Part shown: piece by piece, positions 35,971 to 46,056 of the stretch
Numbering within the stretch: the first letter of the stretch is position 1
Layout: every line of letters begins with the position of its first letter
NCBI GenBank assembly: GCA_963794055.1
Contig: CAWCCL010000013.1
Coordinates: 3,742 to 67,741 of the forward strand
Length of the DNA stretch: 64,000 nucleotides
Origin: an uncultured Actinomycetes bacterium
GTDB taxonomy: Bacteria; Actinomycetota; Thermoleophilia; Gaiellales; Gaiellaceae
Reading direction: 5' to 3'
Made by a program: the position numbers and the translations under genes
Notes under the pieces: generated by a model
What the model was told of the DNA's origin: nothing
Database searches by the model: none
What the model saw: the letters and a program-made list of their open reading frames with translations, nothing else

Positions 35971-37311
35971 TTACTCGCCGTAGGCCTGGGCCGCCGCCTC
36001 TTCCATCTGCGCTGTGATCCCGTCGATGTCCTCCGGGTTGGCCAGGAAGTCCTGGAAGGACTTGAACAGACCCTGGCCGACGGTCCCGCCGAACTCGGCA
36101 GGCTGGAGGTCGGAGAGGTCGAAACGGAAGGCCTCGGCCTCGCCGAGGGCGCCCGCGGTCGTCTGCGTGATCTCGTCCGGATACACGCTCGGGTCGACGT
36201 TCTTGTTCAGCGTCGCGAAGCCGCCCTGCTCGGCCCAGATCTGGGCCGCCTCGGGCGTCGTCAGGTAGTCGACGAACGCCTGCCCCGCGGGGGTGTCCTC
36301 GAACATGACGACCGTGTCGCCGCCGCCGACGACCACGCTGCCCGACTCGCCGATGGCCGGGAACGGGAAGACGTCGAAGTCGGTGCTCGCCGCGGCGTCC
36401 GTCGAGTCGCTGATCACGCCCGCCACGAAGTCGCCCTCCATCACCTGCGCTGCGGCGGGCGGGTCGGCATAGATCTGCGTGACCGAGGTCGGGAAGTCGG
36501 TCTGGAGCGCGCCGTCCGTGCCGCCGGCGATGTTGTCCGAGTCACCGACGACCTCGGCCATGACCCCGAGCGCGTCCTTGACGGACTGGTCCGTCCAGGG
36601 GATCTCGTGCGCTGCGAGCTGGTCGTACAGCTCCGGCCCCGCCGTGCGCAGGTAGATGTTCTCGAAGAGGTCGGTGAGCGTCCACCCGTCGGCGCCGCCG
36701 ATCGAGTAGGCCGGGACGCCCGAGGCCGAGATGGTCCCGCCGTTCTCGATCCACGCATCCCAGTCCTCGGCAGGCTCGACGCCGGCGTCCGAGTAGGCGC
36801 CGACGTTGTACCAGACGAGCGACTTGTTGGCCGCCTTGAAGAGGAAGCCGTAGAGCGTCCCGTCCACGGTGCCGAGCGTGATTACGGACTCGCCGAAGTT
36901 CTCCTCGATGTCGGCCGCGGCGAAGTCGATCGGCTGCAGCGCACCCTGCTCGGCGAAGTCACGCATGAGGCCCGGCTGCGGCAAGACCGCGATGTCGGGC
37001 GGGTTGCCGCCCTCGACCGCCGTCGAGAGCTGGGTCGGGAGCTGGTCGCCTGCCGCGGTGTAGTTGACCTCGACGTCCGGGTTCTCGGCCGTGAATCCGT
37101 CGATCACCGCCTGGAAGGCCTCCTGCTCGGCGCCCGTCCAAACGGCCATCACCGAGATGGAGCCGGACGCTCCGGCGCCGCCGGTGTCGCCGCCGCCGGT
37201 GTCGGTGGCGGCGGCTCCCGTGTCGTCGTCATCGCCCCCGCACCCCGTCGCCACGATGGGGACGAGCACCAGGATCAGGCTCAGAAGCAGTAGCAGGCGA
37301 CGACTCATCAT
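35971..37311 (-). CDS. ABC transporter extracellular solute-binding lipoprotein (family 1, sugar type)
   Basis: Lipobox [11 protein letters not shown], an Asp/Gly/Thr-rich linker, then an SBP fold of typical length. Confidence 0.85.
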   Translation of the reverse strand: MMSRRLLLLLSLILVLVPIVATGCGGDDDDTGAAATDTGGGDTGGAGASGSISVMAVWTGAEQEAFQAVIDGFTAENPDVEVNYTAAGDQLPTQLSTAVEGGNPPDIAVLPQPGLMRDFAEQGALQPIDFAAADIEENFGESVITLGTVDGTLYGFLFKAANKSLVWYNVGAYSDAGVEPAEDWDAWIENGGTISASGVPAYSIGGADGWTLTDLFENIYLRTAGPELYDQLAAHEIPWTDQSVKDALGVMAEVVGDSDNIAGGTDGALQTDFPTSVTQIYADPPAAAQVMEGDFVAGVISDSTDAAASTDFDVFPFPAIGESGSVVVGGGDTVVMFEDTPAGQAFVDYLTTPEAAQIWAEQGGFATLNKNVDPSVYPDEITQTTAGALGEAEAFRFDLSDLQPAEFGGTVGQGLFKSFQDFLANPEDIDGITAQMEEAAAQAYGE

Positions 37312-38531
37312 TCTCCCTTCGTAGTGGCTTCGTCGTAGATCCCGAGCCCTGACTCGGGATCGAAGAAGTGCAGGGCGCTCGTGTCGACGGCCACCTCGGC
37401 CGTCTGGCCCTCCTGGACCCCGGAGCGGGCTCCGAAGCGGCCGACCATGGTGCTCTCGCGCGGAGACTCATCCTGCTGGGCGACTCGCTCGTCGCCGACG
37501 TCCTGCGCGAGCTCGCGCACGTCCTCGGTGAGCGCGGGCGGGGCGTCGACCGTGAAGTGCACCATGATCTCCGAGCCGAGCGCCTCGCGGAGCTGCACCA
37601 TCCCGCGCAGGCGCTGGTCGGGGGGTGTGTCCGGGGCGAGCGCCGCGTCCTCGAGATGCTCGGGCCTGATGCCAAGGACGAGCGGGCGCCCTTCGTATGC
37701 CGAGAGCGCGGGCCGCTTCGACACGAGCTCCTGGCTGAGCGCGAGGCGCTGGTTCCCCAGTTGCGCGGTGTAGCGGCCGTCCGAGCCCTCCAGGGTCGCC
37801 TCGACCATGTTCATGGCAGGGCTGCCGATGAAGCCTCCGACGAAGAGGTTGACCGGGTGGTCGTAGAGCACCTGTGGGGAGTCGACCTGCTGAAGGTTGC
37901 CCTTGCGCATGACCGCGACGCGGTCGCCCATGGTCATGGCCTCGACCTGGTCGTGCGTGACGTAGATCGTCGTCGTCCCGAGGTCGTTCTGGAGGCCGGC
38001 GATCTCGGCCCGCATCTGCACGCGGAGCTTCGCGTCCAGGTTGGAGAGCGGCTCGTCCATGAGGAAGGCCTGCGGCTGGCGGACGATCGCGCGCCCCATG
38101 GCCACGCGCTGGCGCTGGCCGCCGGAGAGCGCACGCGGCTTGCGCTTGAGGAATGGCTCGAGGCCAAGGATCTGGGCCGCCTCCTTGACGCGTTTGTCGA
38201 TCTCGGCCTTCTTCTCGCGCCGGAGCTTGAGACCGAACGCGATGTTGTCGTAGACGGACAGGTGCGGGTACAGCGCGTAGCTCTGGAAGACCATCGCGAT
38301 GTCGCGATCGCGCGGAGGAACGTGGTTCACGACCCGATCGCCGATCTTGACGACGCCCTCGGATATGTCCTCCAGGCCGGCGACCATCCGCAGCGCGGTC
38401 GTCTTCCCGCAGCCCGAGGGGCCCACGAGGACCATGAACTCCCCGTCTCCGATCTCGATCTCCAGATCGGAGACAGCCCTCGTTCCGTCCGGGTAGATCT
38501 TGCTGATTCGGTCAAACGTGACTGCGGCCAG
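37308..38531 (-). CDS. Sugar ABC transporter ATP-binding protein (MalK/UgpC/MsiK-like)
   Basis: [30 protein letters not shown] and a C-terminal TOBE-like domain. The only in-frame start behind GAGGAG is an apparent CTG at 38531, so the start is uncertain. Confidence 0.85.
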   Translation of the reverse strand: MAAVTFDRISKIYPDGTRAVSDLEIEIGDGEFMVLVGPSGCGKTTALRMVAGLEDISEGVVKIGDRVVNHVPPRDRDIAMVFQSYALYPHLSVYDNIAFGLKLRREKKAEIDKRVKEAAQILGLEPFLKRKPRALSGGQRQRVAMGRAIVRQPQAFLMDEPLSNLDAKLRVQMRAEIAGLQNDLGTTTIYVTHDQVEAMTMGDRVAVMRKGNLQQVDSPQVLYDHPVNLFVGGFIGSPAMNMVEATLEGSDGRYTAQLGNQRLALSQELVSKRPALSAYEGRPLVLGIRPEHLEDAALAPDTPPDQRLRGMVQLREALGSEIMVHFTVDAPPALTEDVRELAQDVGDERVAQQDESPRESTMVGRFGARSGVQEGQTAEVAVDTSALHFFDPESGLGIYDEATTKGE

Positions 38532-38624
38532 TGGAAACCCCTTTTCTCCTCTGCACCGTTGGCGGCGCGAGCTTACCACCTGTACCCATTTCCTTGCGAA
38601 CGCGCCTGAGTACACTCCGCCGCG

Positions 38625-39707
38625 ATGGAGACGCGGGCGATCGTCGTGCTGGAGGGGGACGACACCGGCCAGGAGCTGCTCGACGAAGCGTTGCGCGTTC
38701 TCGCCCCGGATGTGATCGGCCTGGAGCTCGAGCTCCCGCGCTACGACCTCTCCCTCGAGTCGAGACGGGCGACGAAGAACGAGGTCGTCCATGAGGCCGC
38801 TAGGGCCGTGCGCGACCACGGGCTGGGACTGAAGGCGGCCACGATCACGCCGGAGGGCGCAGGCGACGTGGGCAGCCCGAACCGGATCCTGCGCGAGGAG
38901 ATCGGCGGGCACGTGATCGTCCGCACGGGCCGGCGCATCCCCGGCGTCGTCCCCATCGGCGGCGCCCACTACCCCATCTCCGTCGTGCGCATGGCCGTGG
39001 GGGACGCCTACGGCGCCGAGGAGTGGCGCGAGGGCGAGGGGGAGGACGAGGTCGCCTTCCGGACCGAGCGGATCGAGCGCCGCATCTGCCGCGCCGTCGC
39101 CGAGTTCTCGTTCCGCCACGCGGAGCGCACGAAGGCCAAGGTCTTCGGCGGGCCGAAGTACACCGTCTCCCCCGTCTACGAGGGGATGCTTAAGGAGGAG
39201 ATGGACGCCGCCGCCGAGCGCCATCCCGAGGTTGCCTACGAGCCGCAGCTCATCGACGCGACCTTTGCCCTGCTGATCAGCTCCGGAGGCGAGTCGCTCG
39301 TCATTCCGGCGCTCAACCGTGACGGGGACATCCTCTCGGACCTCGTGCTGCCGCTCTTCGGCTCGATCGCCGGGTCGGAGTCGCTGCTCGTCGCGTTCAA
39401 CGAGGACTACACGCCGCGCGCCCTGATGGCCGAGGCGGCGCACGGGACGGCGCCCGCGCTGAAGGGCAAGGACGTGGCGAACCCGATGGCGATGATCCTC
39501 GCCGGCGCCGCGCTCCTCTCCCACATCGACGACGACGAGGCGCGCAGTGCCGGCCGCGCGATCCGCGAGGCATGCCTCGAGGCCGTGTCGGCCGGGACTC
39601 GCACCGCCGACCTGGGCGGGCACGCCTCGACGACGGAGTTCACGGACGAGGTCCGCTCGCGCATCCGCTCCAAGCTGGAGGTTTGGGCCACGCTCGGAGA
39701 GGGTTGA
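38625..39707 (+). CDS. Isocitrate/isopropylmalate dehydrogenase-family protein
   Basis: 360 aa: ..LKAATITP...[10 protein letters not shown]...AHGTAP.. There is no SD before the ATG, and TACACT lies 8 nt upstream, so the mRNA may be leaderless. Confidence 0.7.
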   Translation: METRAIVVLEGDDTGQELLDEALRVLAPDVIGLELELPRYDLSLESRRATKNEVVHEAARAVRDHGLGLKAATITPEGAGDVGSPNRILREEIGGHVIVRTGRRIPGVVPIGGAHYPISVVRMAVGDAYGAEEWREGEGEDEVAFRTERIERRICRAVAEFSFRHAERTKAKVFGGPKYTVSPVYEGMLKEEMDAAAERHPEVAYEPQLIDATFALLISSGGESLVIPALNRDGDILSDLVLPLFGSIAGSESLLVAFNEDYTPRALMAEAAHGTAPALKGKDVANPMAMILAGAALLSHIDDDEARSAGRAIREACLEAVSAGTRTADLGGHASTTEFTDEVRSRIRSKLEVWATLGEG

Positions 39708-39895
39708 GGGCCCTCCGGCAGTACCTGAGGAGCCTCGACCCGAGGCTGCCCCGCCCGGTCTGGATCCTGAGCTTCGGCGGGCTCGCGAACGCCGTCGGCA
39801 ACGGCCTCGCATTCCCCTTCGTCGTCATCTACCTCCACAACGTCCTCGGCTTCTCGCTGGGGATGTCCGGGCTCGTGCGGCTGACGGCGGCCTAG
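39704..39895 (+). pseudogene. N-terminal remnant (63 aa) of an MFS transporter
   Basis: [58 protein letters not shown] is a typical MFS TM1-TM2 segment. The ORF then stops in the CTAG shared with the convergent methyltransferase gene. Confidence 0.55.
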
Positions 39896-40974
39896 CGCAA
39901 GCGGTAGAAGCGGAAGATCTCGTGCTCGATCGGGAGCACTTCGACGTCCGCAAAGCCGGCCTCGGACGCGTAGCGGCGCATCGTGTCCGCCCGCATGACG
40001 GTGCCGGTGCCGGCCGACGGAGTGTCCGCAAGCCCGACCGGGAGACAGCAGAGGACGCTGTAGGTGTACATCAGCCGCTCGACCTCGTCCCCGGGGGCCG
40101 TGAAGGTGTCCGCGACGCGCTCGTCCATGACGATGACGGCGCCGTCGTCCGCGACGAGCCCGCGCAGCGCCCGCAGGGCCTCGACCGGCTGGGACATGTC
40201 GTGCAGCGCCTCGAAGACGGTGACCAGCTGGTAGGAGCCGGCGAGCTCGGGATCGCCGGCGTCGCGGACGTGGAAGGTCACGCGGTCGGCGACCTCGGTC
40301 TCCGCGGCGTTCGCACGGGCGAGCTCGATGGAGGCCTCGTCCAGGTCGTACCCGTCCACGTGAACGTTCGGATATGCGCGCGCCATCGCGATGCTGGACC
40401 AGCCGGCCCCACAGGCGACGTCCGCGACGCGCGCGGGCGGGTCAGCGAGGAGCCGCTCGTGGACGTCGGCGATCGCCGGCAGCCACTCGGAGCCGAGCAG
40501 GTTGGCGAAGAGCGGCCGGTTGGCGTCGCCCTGGGCGTCCCGGCCGAGGTGGCCGTAGTCCTCCCAGGACACGCCTCCGCCCCTGCGGAAGGCCTCCTCG
40601 ACGGCCGGAAGCGTCTGCGCGAAGGAAACGCCCAAGCGCGCCAACGGGGTTACGTGCGCGAGCGAGTCGCGGTCGACCAGCACCTCCGCATGCCCGGCGG
40701 GGAGCCGGTAACGCCGCTCGCCCGGGCCCGCACCGGCGTCGTCGACCTCGAGGATCCCCGCGACCGCCTGCTGCTCCAGCCATTCGCAGGCGTAGCGCTC
40801 CTCCGTCCGCGTGGCCTCGGCGAGCTCGCCCGAGGTGGACTCACCCCGCTCGGCCAGCGCCCGGTAGTACCCGAGCCGGTCGCCCAGGTGGACGGTCATC
40901 AGCTCGTAGGCGCCGAGCGCTGCCCCGAAGAGGCGCTCCGCAAAGGCGTCTCGCCGCGCTTCTTCCGTGGGCAT
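39892..40974 (-). CDS. Class I SAM-dependent methyltransferase with an N-terminal winged-helix/dimerisation domain
   Basis: Start taken at MPTEEARR. SAM motif VADVACGAGWSS, then DLDE, then a post-I acidic residue. Confidence 0.75.
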   Translation of the reverse strand: MPTEEARRDAFAERLFGAALGAYELMTVHLGDRLGYYRALAERGESTSGELAEATRTEERYACEWLEQQAVAGILEVDDAGAGPGERRYRLPAGHAEVLVDRDSLAHVTPLARLGVSFAQTLPAVEEAFRRGGGVSWEDYGHLGRDAQGDANRPLFANLLGSEWLPAIADVHERLLADPPARVADVACGAGWSSIAMARAYPNVHVDGYDLDEASIELARANAAETEVADRVTFHVRDAGDPELAGSYQLVTVFEALHDMSQPVEALRALRGLVADDGAVIVMDERVADTFTAPGDEVERLMYTYSVLCCLPVGLADTPSAGTGTVMRADTMRRYASEAGFADVEVLPIEHEIFRFYRLR

Positions 40975-40976
40975 GG

Positions 40977-41288
<312 letters not shown>

Positions 41289-41297
41289 GCAGCCAGT

Positions 41298-41606
41298 CTA
41301 TGCAACGAGTTCGTCGACCAGCAGCGGCGCTCGCTCCGCGAGCGCGGAGCGCGCGACGACACGGTCGAGCCCGGCCGCCTGGCCCGCGCGCAGGCCTGCC
41401 GTGTCGGTGTGATTCGTGAAGCCGAGGATGGGCACGTCCGGGTAGGTGTCGGCCACCTCGTGCGCCTCCACGCGCGCGAGGTCACAGATGACGAGGTCCG
41501 GCGGGTCGATGCTTCCGGTCGTCGTGAGACGGTGACTCGCGCCGAGAAGCGCGTCGAGCTTCCCGCGAAAGAACAGGTCGACCCCGACGAGCAGGATCGT
41601 GGCCAC
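41298..41606 (-). CDS. Stand-alone receiver (CheY-like) domain protein
   Basis: 102 aa: ILLVGVD...PDLVICDL...ILGF..H. The alternating beta/alpha pattern fits the fold, but the assignment is tentative. Confidence 0.45.
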   Translation of the reverse strand: MATILLVGVDLFFRGKLDALLGASHRLTTTGSIDPPDLVICDLARVEAHEVADTYPDVPILGFTNHTDTAGLRAGQAAGLDRVVARSALAERAPLLVDELVA

Positions 41607-41656
41607 GGCCAGGAGCGTACCAGCCCGAACCGGCTCTCTGAAAGGCCGCTGCTAGG

Positions 41657-41977
41657 GTGCCCGCCATGCCGGTCGGCCAGCTCCACACGCTCGCCCGCGT
41701 CGAGGAGCTGCCGCCCGGGAGCGCCCGCGCCGTCCAGGTCGGCGACCGCGAGATCGCCGTCTTCCACTGCGAGGCCGGTTTCTTCGCGACGCAGGGCAAG
41801 TGCCTGCACCTGCAGGGCCCACTCGGCCACGGGCGACTCGACGGCTGCGTGCTCACGTGCCCCTGGCACGGCTGGCAGTACGACGTCAGGACCGGCGAGA
41901 ACGAGTTCGACCACGCGCTCGCGCTCGAGACCTACGAGGTCCTGGTCGAGGACGGCGAGGTGAAGGTCGTCCTCTGA
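41657..41977 (+). CDS. Rieske [2Fe-2S] domain protein (NirD-like small subunit type)
   Basis: CLH..G and CPWHGW metal-ligand boxes. 106 aa. Confidence 0.8.
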   Translation: MPAMPVGQLHTLARVEELPPGSARAVQVGDREIAVFHCEAGFFATQGKCLHLQGPLGHGRLDGCVLTCPWHGWQYDVRTGENEFDHALALETYEVLVEDGEVKVVL

Positions 41978-42308
41978 CGCACGGGACGCCGAGCTCGCGC
42001 GCGGGCTCGAGCTGATCCGCGGCGGTGAGTACTTCGCCGCCCACGAGGTCCTCGAGGACGCCTGGCGCGCCGCGGAGGAGGCGGAGCGCGACTTCTTCCA
42101 GGGCCTCGTCCACGTCGCAGTCGCGTGGTACCAGGCAGAGCGCGCCAACGAGGTCGGCTGCGAGCGCCAGCTCGAGAAGGCGCTCCGGCGGCTCGGCCCG
42201 TACACGCCCAGCCACCGCGCAGTGGACGTGACGGCGCTGCTGGCGTCGGTGGAGGAGGCGCGCGGCCGCTTCCCCGACTTGGCACCGCCGGTCCTCAGAG
42301 CCTCTTGA
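41976..42308 (+). CDS. DUF309-domain protein; start codon unresolved
   Basis: The frame reads ..ELARGLELIRGGEYFAAHEVLEDAWRAAEEAERDFFQGLVHVAVAWYQ..., the DUF309 signature. No ATG, GTG or TTG lies between the in-frame stop at 41961 and this motif, so an indel or an unusual start is likely. Confidence 0.45.
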   Translation, partial: DARDAELARGLELIRGGEYFAAHEVLEDAWRAAEEAERDFFQGLVHVAVAWYQAERANEVGCERQLEKALRRLGPYTPSHRAVDVTALLASVEEARGRFPDLAPPVLRAS

Positions 42309-42723
42309 GGTAGCGTTTCGAGACCTGCTCGAGGCCCAGCGCCACGTAGAAGGCGTGGGCCGCCTCCCGGTCGGGCCGCTCACCAGTTGTTACTTCGAGG
42401 TAGTGGCAACCCGAGGCGCGGGCGCGCTCCTCGAGCGCGGCGACGAGCGTCCGCCCGACGCCGCTCCTCCGCACCCGATCGGCGACCACGAGCGCTGAGA
42501 GCCGGCACCAGCGGCCATCCTCGTGCAGAAGCGGAATGAGCGTCGCCGACGCCAGGCCGACGATCGCGTCCTCGTCCTCAGCGACCAGGATCAGGGAAGG
42601 CGAGTCCCGATCGAACTCTTCGACCCGCGCCGCCACGCGCTCGACGTCGTCCGGGTAGCCGAGCTCGGCGAGGAGCACCGCTAGCGCCGCTGCATCGCCG
42701 GCATGGGCATCACGGATCCTCAC
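42295..42723 (-). CDS. GNAT-family N-acetyltransferase
   Basis: GTG at 42723 overlaps the ccdA stop. The motif ..LVVADRVRRSGVGRTLVAALEERARASG.. is the acetyl-CoA-binding motif A. Confidence 0.8.
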   Translation of the reverse strand: MRIRDAHAGDAAALAVLLAELGYPDDVERVAARVEEFDRDSPSLILVAEDEDAIVGLASATLIPLLHEDGRWCRLSALVVADRVRRSGVGRTLVAALEERARASGCHYLEVTTGERPDREAAHAFYVALGLEQVSKRYLKRL

Positions 42724-43424
42724 ACGCCTATCCCGAAGAACTCGAAAAAGCGGTTCACGCCGACCCGCAGCCACCAGAAGCGGTCGAAGAAGAGCAGCAG
42801 CCCGAGCGCGACGAGCATGGCGCCGGCGACGATCCTCAAGGTGCCGTAGTGGTCGCGCAGCCAGCGGAACGCGCCCAGCGCGCGGTCGAAGCCGACGCCG
42901 ACGGCCAGGAACGGCAGCGCGAGGCCCGCCGAGTAGACGAGGAGGAGCAGCGTCCCCTGCGCGACCGTCTGCCCCTCGCTCGCCAGCGCAAGGATCGACC
43001 CGAGCACGGGGCCGACGCACGGCGCCGCGCACAGCCCGAACGCCGCTCCGAGGAGCGCGGCCGAGCCGGTGCTGCTCGCTCCCTGCACGAGCCCCGGAGC
43101 CACGAGGCGGTCGAGGAAGGGCAGCGGCAGGAGCCCCATCATCGCGAACCCGAGGATCACGACGAAGAGCCCGGCGATCGCGAGCAGCAGGTCCTGGTTC
43201 TCGCCGAAGAGGCTCCCGGCTGCGGCCGCGGCGGCCCCCAGCGCCACGAAGACGGCGGTGAAGCCCGCCACGAACGGCAGGCTGGCGAGCAGGACGCGGC
43301 GGCCGCCCACCCCCACCTCCTGGCCGGAGATCACCGCCAGATAGCCGGGTACGAGCGGCAGGACGCACGGCGTCGCGAACGACAGCAGCCCGGCCGCGAA
43401 CGCCAGCGGGATCTTCGCTTCCAT
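42720..43424 (-). CDS. ccdA: Cytochrome c biogenesis thiol-transfer protein CcdA
   Basis: FATPCVLPLVPGY and a second Cys in ..CAAPCVGP... Six TM helices. Confidence 0.85.
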   Translation of the reverse strand: MEAKIPLAFAAGLLSFATPCVLPLVPGYLAVISGQEVGVGGRRVLLASLPFVAGFTAVFVALGAAAAAAGSLFGENQDLLLAIAGLFVVILGFAMMGLLPLPFLDRLVAPGLVQGASSTGSAALLGAAFGLCAAPCVGPVLGSILALASEGQTVAQGTLLLLVYSAGLALPFLAVGVGFDRALGAFRWLRDHYGTLRIVAGAMLVALGLLLFFDRFWWLRVGVNRFFEFFGIGV

Positions 43425-43599
43425 CAGATGCTCGGCCGGTGGTCGGCGCGCTCATCGGGGACGGCTGCAACCAAGCCGGGCGCCGCAATCGTCCGCGGCG
43501 CGTACTGACTAGTACGTGCAAGGGCGAGCGCGACGATCCGGCGCAGCGTCGCAGCCGCCATCCGTGAGTGTGCTGACCGCCGGTCGAGCATCATGCTCA

Positions 43600-44067
43600 T
43601 CAGCCGTCGAAGCGGCCGAGCTCTTCGTCGACTCTGCGCTCGAGCTCGGGGTCGAGCGCGGGCCCGTTCGCCGACGAGGGCCGGGAAATGTCCGGCTCGG
43701 GCCGCGAGCGGCTCCAGCGGACCAGCGCGACCGCGAGGACGCCGACGGCTATTGCCGCTCCAAGCGGCGGGAGCACCCACGCGAGCAGGTTGAAGCCCTC
43801 CTTCGGCGGCGCCGCGAGCACACCCTCGCCGAAGTTGTCGACGAGCGCCTCCTCGATCTCGCTCGCCGAGTCGCCGGCGGCGATTCGCTCGCGGATGAAG
43901 GCCCGCATGCGGTCCGCGATCGGCGAGTTCGAGAGCTCCAGCGTCGTCTGGCAGCTCGGGCAGATGTAGCGCTTCTCGAGCTCGGCGAGCGTCGGCGTCT
44001 CGTCATCCCCTCCGCACCCGGCCGCGAGTGCGAGGAGGGCGGCGGCGAGGACGAGCGCGCGCCTCAT
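43600..44067 (-). CDS. ccmH: Cytochrome c-type biogenesis protein CcmH/NrfF family
   Basis: Lipoprotein-like signal LALAAGCGG, a CPSCQ motif, and a C-terminal TM anchor. Confidence 0.7.
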   Translation of the reverse strand: MRRALVLAAALLALAAGCGGDDETPTLAELEKRYICPSCQTTLELSNSPIADRMRAFIRERIAAGDSASEIEEALVDNFGEGVLAAPPKEGFNLLAWVLPPLGAAIAVGVLAVALVRWSRSRPEPDISRPSSANGPALDPELERRVDEELGRFDG

Positions 44068-44627
44068 CGGACCTGGGTGTCCAGGGCGGCCCGCACGTTC
44101 TCCTCGAGCTCCTCCTGCGTGAACGGGCCCTTGAAGTGCTCGCCGACGAGCCGGCCGTCGCGGCCCACGAACCACGTCTCCGGGAAGCCGGTGTTGCCGA
44201 AGCGGCCGAGGCTCGTGCCGTTGCCGTCGAAGGCCATCGGGTAGGTCAGGTCGTATCGCTCGACGAACCGCCGCGCGTCGGTGCGGAAGTCCTGCGCGTC
44301 CACCCCGAGCACGACGAGGCCCTCGTCGCGGTAGCGCTGCCACGCCTCCTCGAGCATCGGCGCCTCGTCCTTGCACGGCTCACACCACGACGCCCAGAAG
44401 TTGAGGACGACCGCCTTGCCCCGGTAGTCCGCGAGGCTGATCTCCCCCTCGCCGTCGAGCGTCTCGAAGACGAGCGCGGGCGGAGGGGGACGCTCCCCCC
44501 GCCTGAGGGCGTCGTCGAGGCCGCGTCCTTCCTCCTGCTCGGCCACCCGCCAGCCGAGGAGCACGACCAGCAGAACGACCACGAGGACGGCCGCCGCCTG
44601 CAGAATGAGCTTCCCGCGGCGCGCCAT
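44064..44627 (-). CDS. TlpA/ResA/DsbE-family thiol:disulfide oxidoreductase
   Basis: TM anchor, then the thioredoxin fold with WASWCEPC. Confidence 0.85.
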   Translation of the reverse strand: MARRGKLILQAAAVLVVVLLVVLLGWRVAEQEEGRGLDDALRRGERPPPPALVFETLDGEGEISLADYRGKAVVLNFWASWCEPCKDEAPMLEEAWQRYRDEGLVVLGVDAQDFRTDARRFVERYDLTYPMAFDGNGTSLGRFGNTGFPETWFVGRDGRLVGEHFKGPFTQEELEENVRAALDTQVR

Positions 44628-44642
44628 GAAGCGCAGCCCAGT

Positions 44643-45608
44643 CTACGCGCGGACGATGAAGACCGGCGTCCCGATGCGCACGCGCTCGAAGAGCCACTCG
44701 GCGCTCGAGATCCGCATGCGGATGCAGCCGTGCGAGGCGGAGTAGCCGATCGAGGCAGCGTCGGGTGTCCCGTGGATCCCCACACCGCCGACGCTGAGGC
44801 CCATCCAGCGGGTGCCCAGGGGGTTTCCGGGCCCGGGCGGGATCGGCTGCGCGCCCGCCGCCCAGCCGCGGTTGGGCGGATACCACCAGGGATGCCGCAC
44901 CTTGGTGCGGATGAAGAAGTTGCCGATCGGCGTCGGGTAGGCGGCCATGCCGGTCGCGATCGGGAAGGACGTGACCACGCGCATCGCGCCCGGGCCGACG
45001 CTGCGGTAGAGGATGAGGCGCTTCGAGTCGCGGCGGATGACGACCGCAGGCCCGAACCTGCCCGCCGACAGCGTCGGGCGCAGGACCTTGAAGGGCAGGG
45101 CCACGGTGTCGCGCCGGTGGTTGCGGAGGGCTCCCATCAGCCGGACGCGCGTGCGCAGTCGGAGCAGGACGCGCCCCGGCTTCGCCTCCGACAGGTGCGG
45201 GACGAGCCTGACGAGGCGCGCGCGCGCCGAGACGGCGTCGCGGTCGAAGATCTTCGCCCGTCGCTGGATCCACTTGCGGAGCTTGAGGCCCCCGATCACA
45301 ACCTCGAGGCTGAGCGCGGTGTCCGGAGCCGCAGCCAGCGCCGTCGCGACCGCCACCGCGACCCGGGCGCGCGCGCCGAGGTTGGCCGGCGCGACGGCGA
45401 TCGTGCCATCGTCGAGCCCGAGCGAGAGCGGCTGGTCGAAGAAGGCCTGGATAGCCTCGGTCGCCTCGGCTCCGGTGAGGCCGGCCACGTCGAGCCCCGA
45501 CACGGTCACGCCGGTCGCGATCGTCGGCTCCGGATCCTGCGCGGACGCGGGGGCTGCCACGACCAGCGCGACCACTATCGAAGCCAAGAGAGCTGCTGCC
45601 CGACCCAC
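44643..45608 (-). CDS. L,D-transpeptidase (YkuD) family protein
   Basis: Signal peptide ..VAAPASAQD. Catalytic region GIHGT...SHGCIRM. Confidence 0.85.
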   Translation of the reverse strand: MGRAAALLASIVVALVVAAPASAQDPEPTIATGVTVSGLDVAGLTGAEATEAIQAFFDQPLSLGLDDGTIAVAPANLGARARVAVAVATALAAAPDTALSLEVVIGGLKLRKWIQRRAKIFDRDAVSARARLVRLVPHLSEAKPGRVLLRLRTRVRLMGALRNHRRDTVALPFKVLRPTLSAGRFGPAVVIRRDSKRLILYRSVGPGAMRVVTSFPIATGMAAYPTPIGNFFIRTKVRHPWWYPPNRGWAAGAQPIPPGPGNPLGTRWMGLSVGGVGIHGTPDAASIGYSASHGCIRMRISSAEWLFERVRIGTPVFIVRA

Positions 45609-45615
45609 CGTCGGG

Positions 45616-46056
45616 ATGTTAGACGAAGCTGCGGCTGCAATCCTTCACGCCATGATCGTCTCCCTCCACGCCGCCACCGGCGGGCTCGTCGGCTCCCTCG
45701 CGGGCTCGCGCAAGCGCGCGCTCGTGCTCGGGCTCGCCGCGCACGCGCTCGGCGACGCGGTGCCGCACCAGGACGTCGCGTCCCGCCGCTTCGAGACGCT
45801 GAGCGGCTTCGCAGCGCTCGGCATCCTTGCGGCCGCACGCGGCGCTCTCAACCCGGTCGTCGTCGGCGCGGTCGGGGCCTTGGTGCCCGACCTCGAGCAC
45901 GTCCTCCCCTTCCCACGGCCCGGCGGGCGCAAGCTCTTCCCCAGCCACCGCGTCCGCGGCTGGCACAGGTCGGGCGGGCTCCCCGCCTCGGTTCAACTCC
46001 TCACAGCCGGGGCACTCCTCGGCGCGCTCGCAGCCTACGGGCGCGTCGGGAGGTAG
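45616..46056 (+). CDS. Small membrane protein, possibly a DUF457/YdjM-like metal-dependent hydrolase
   Basis: Hydrophobic, with ..HALGDAVPH.. and ..DLEH.. motifs. Start could be ATG at 45616 or 45652. The 3' end overlaps the convergent gene by 22 nt. Confidence 0.4.
   Translation: MLDEAAAAILHAMIVSLHAATGGLVGSLAGSRKRALVLGLAAHALGDAVPHQDVASRRFETLSGFAALGILAAARGALNPVVVGAVGALVPDLEHVLPFPRPGGRKLFPSHRVRGWHRSGGLPASVQLLTAGALLGALAAYGRVGR

Noticed and set aside
38590-38624. Leaderless promoter for the isocitrate/isopropylmalate dehydrogenase-family gene (TACACT 8 nt before the ATG)
   Set aside because: It is plausible, but the -35 region is poor (ATTTCC) and a single hexamer is too weak to call a feature. 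It is mentioned only in the gene evidence.
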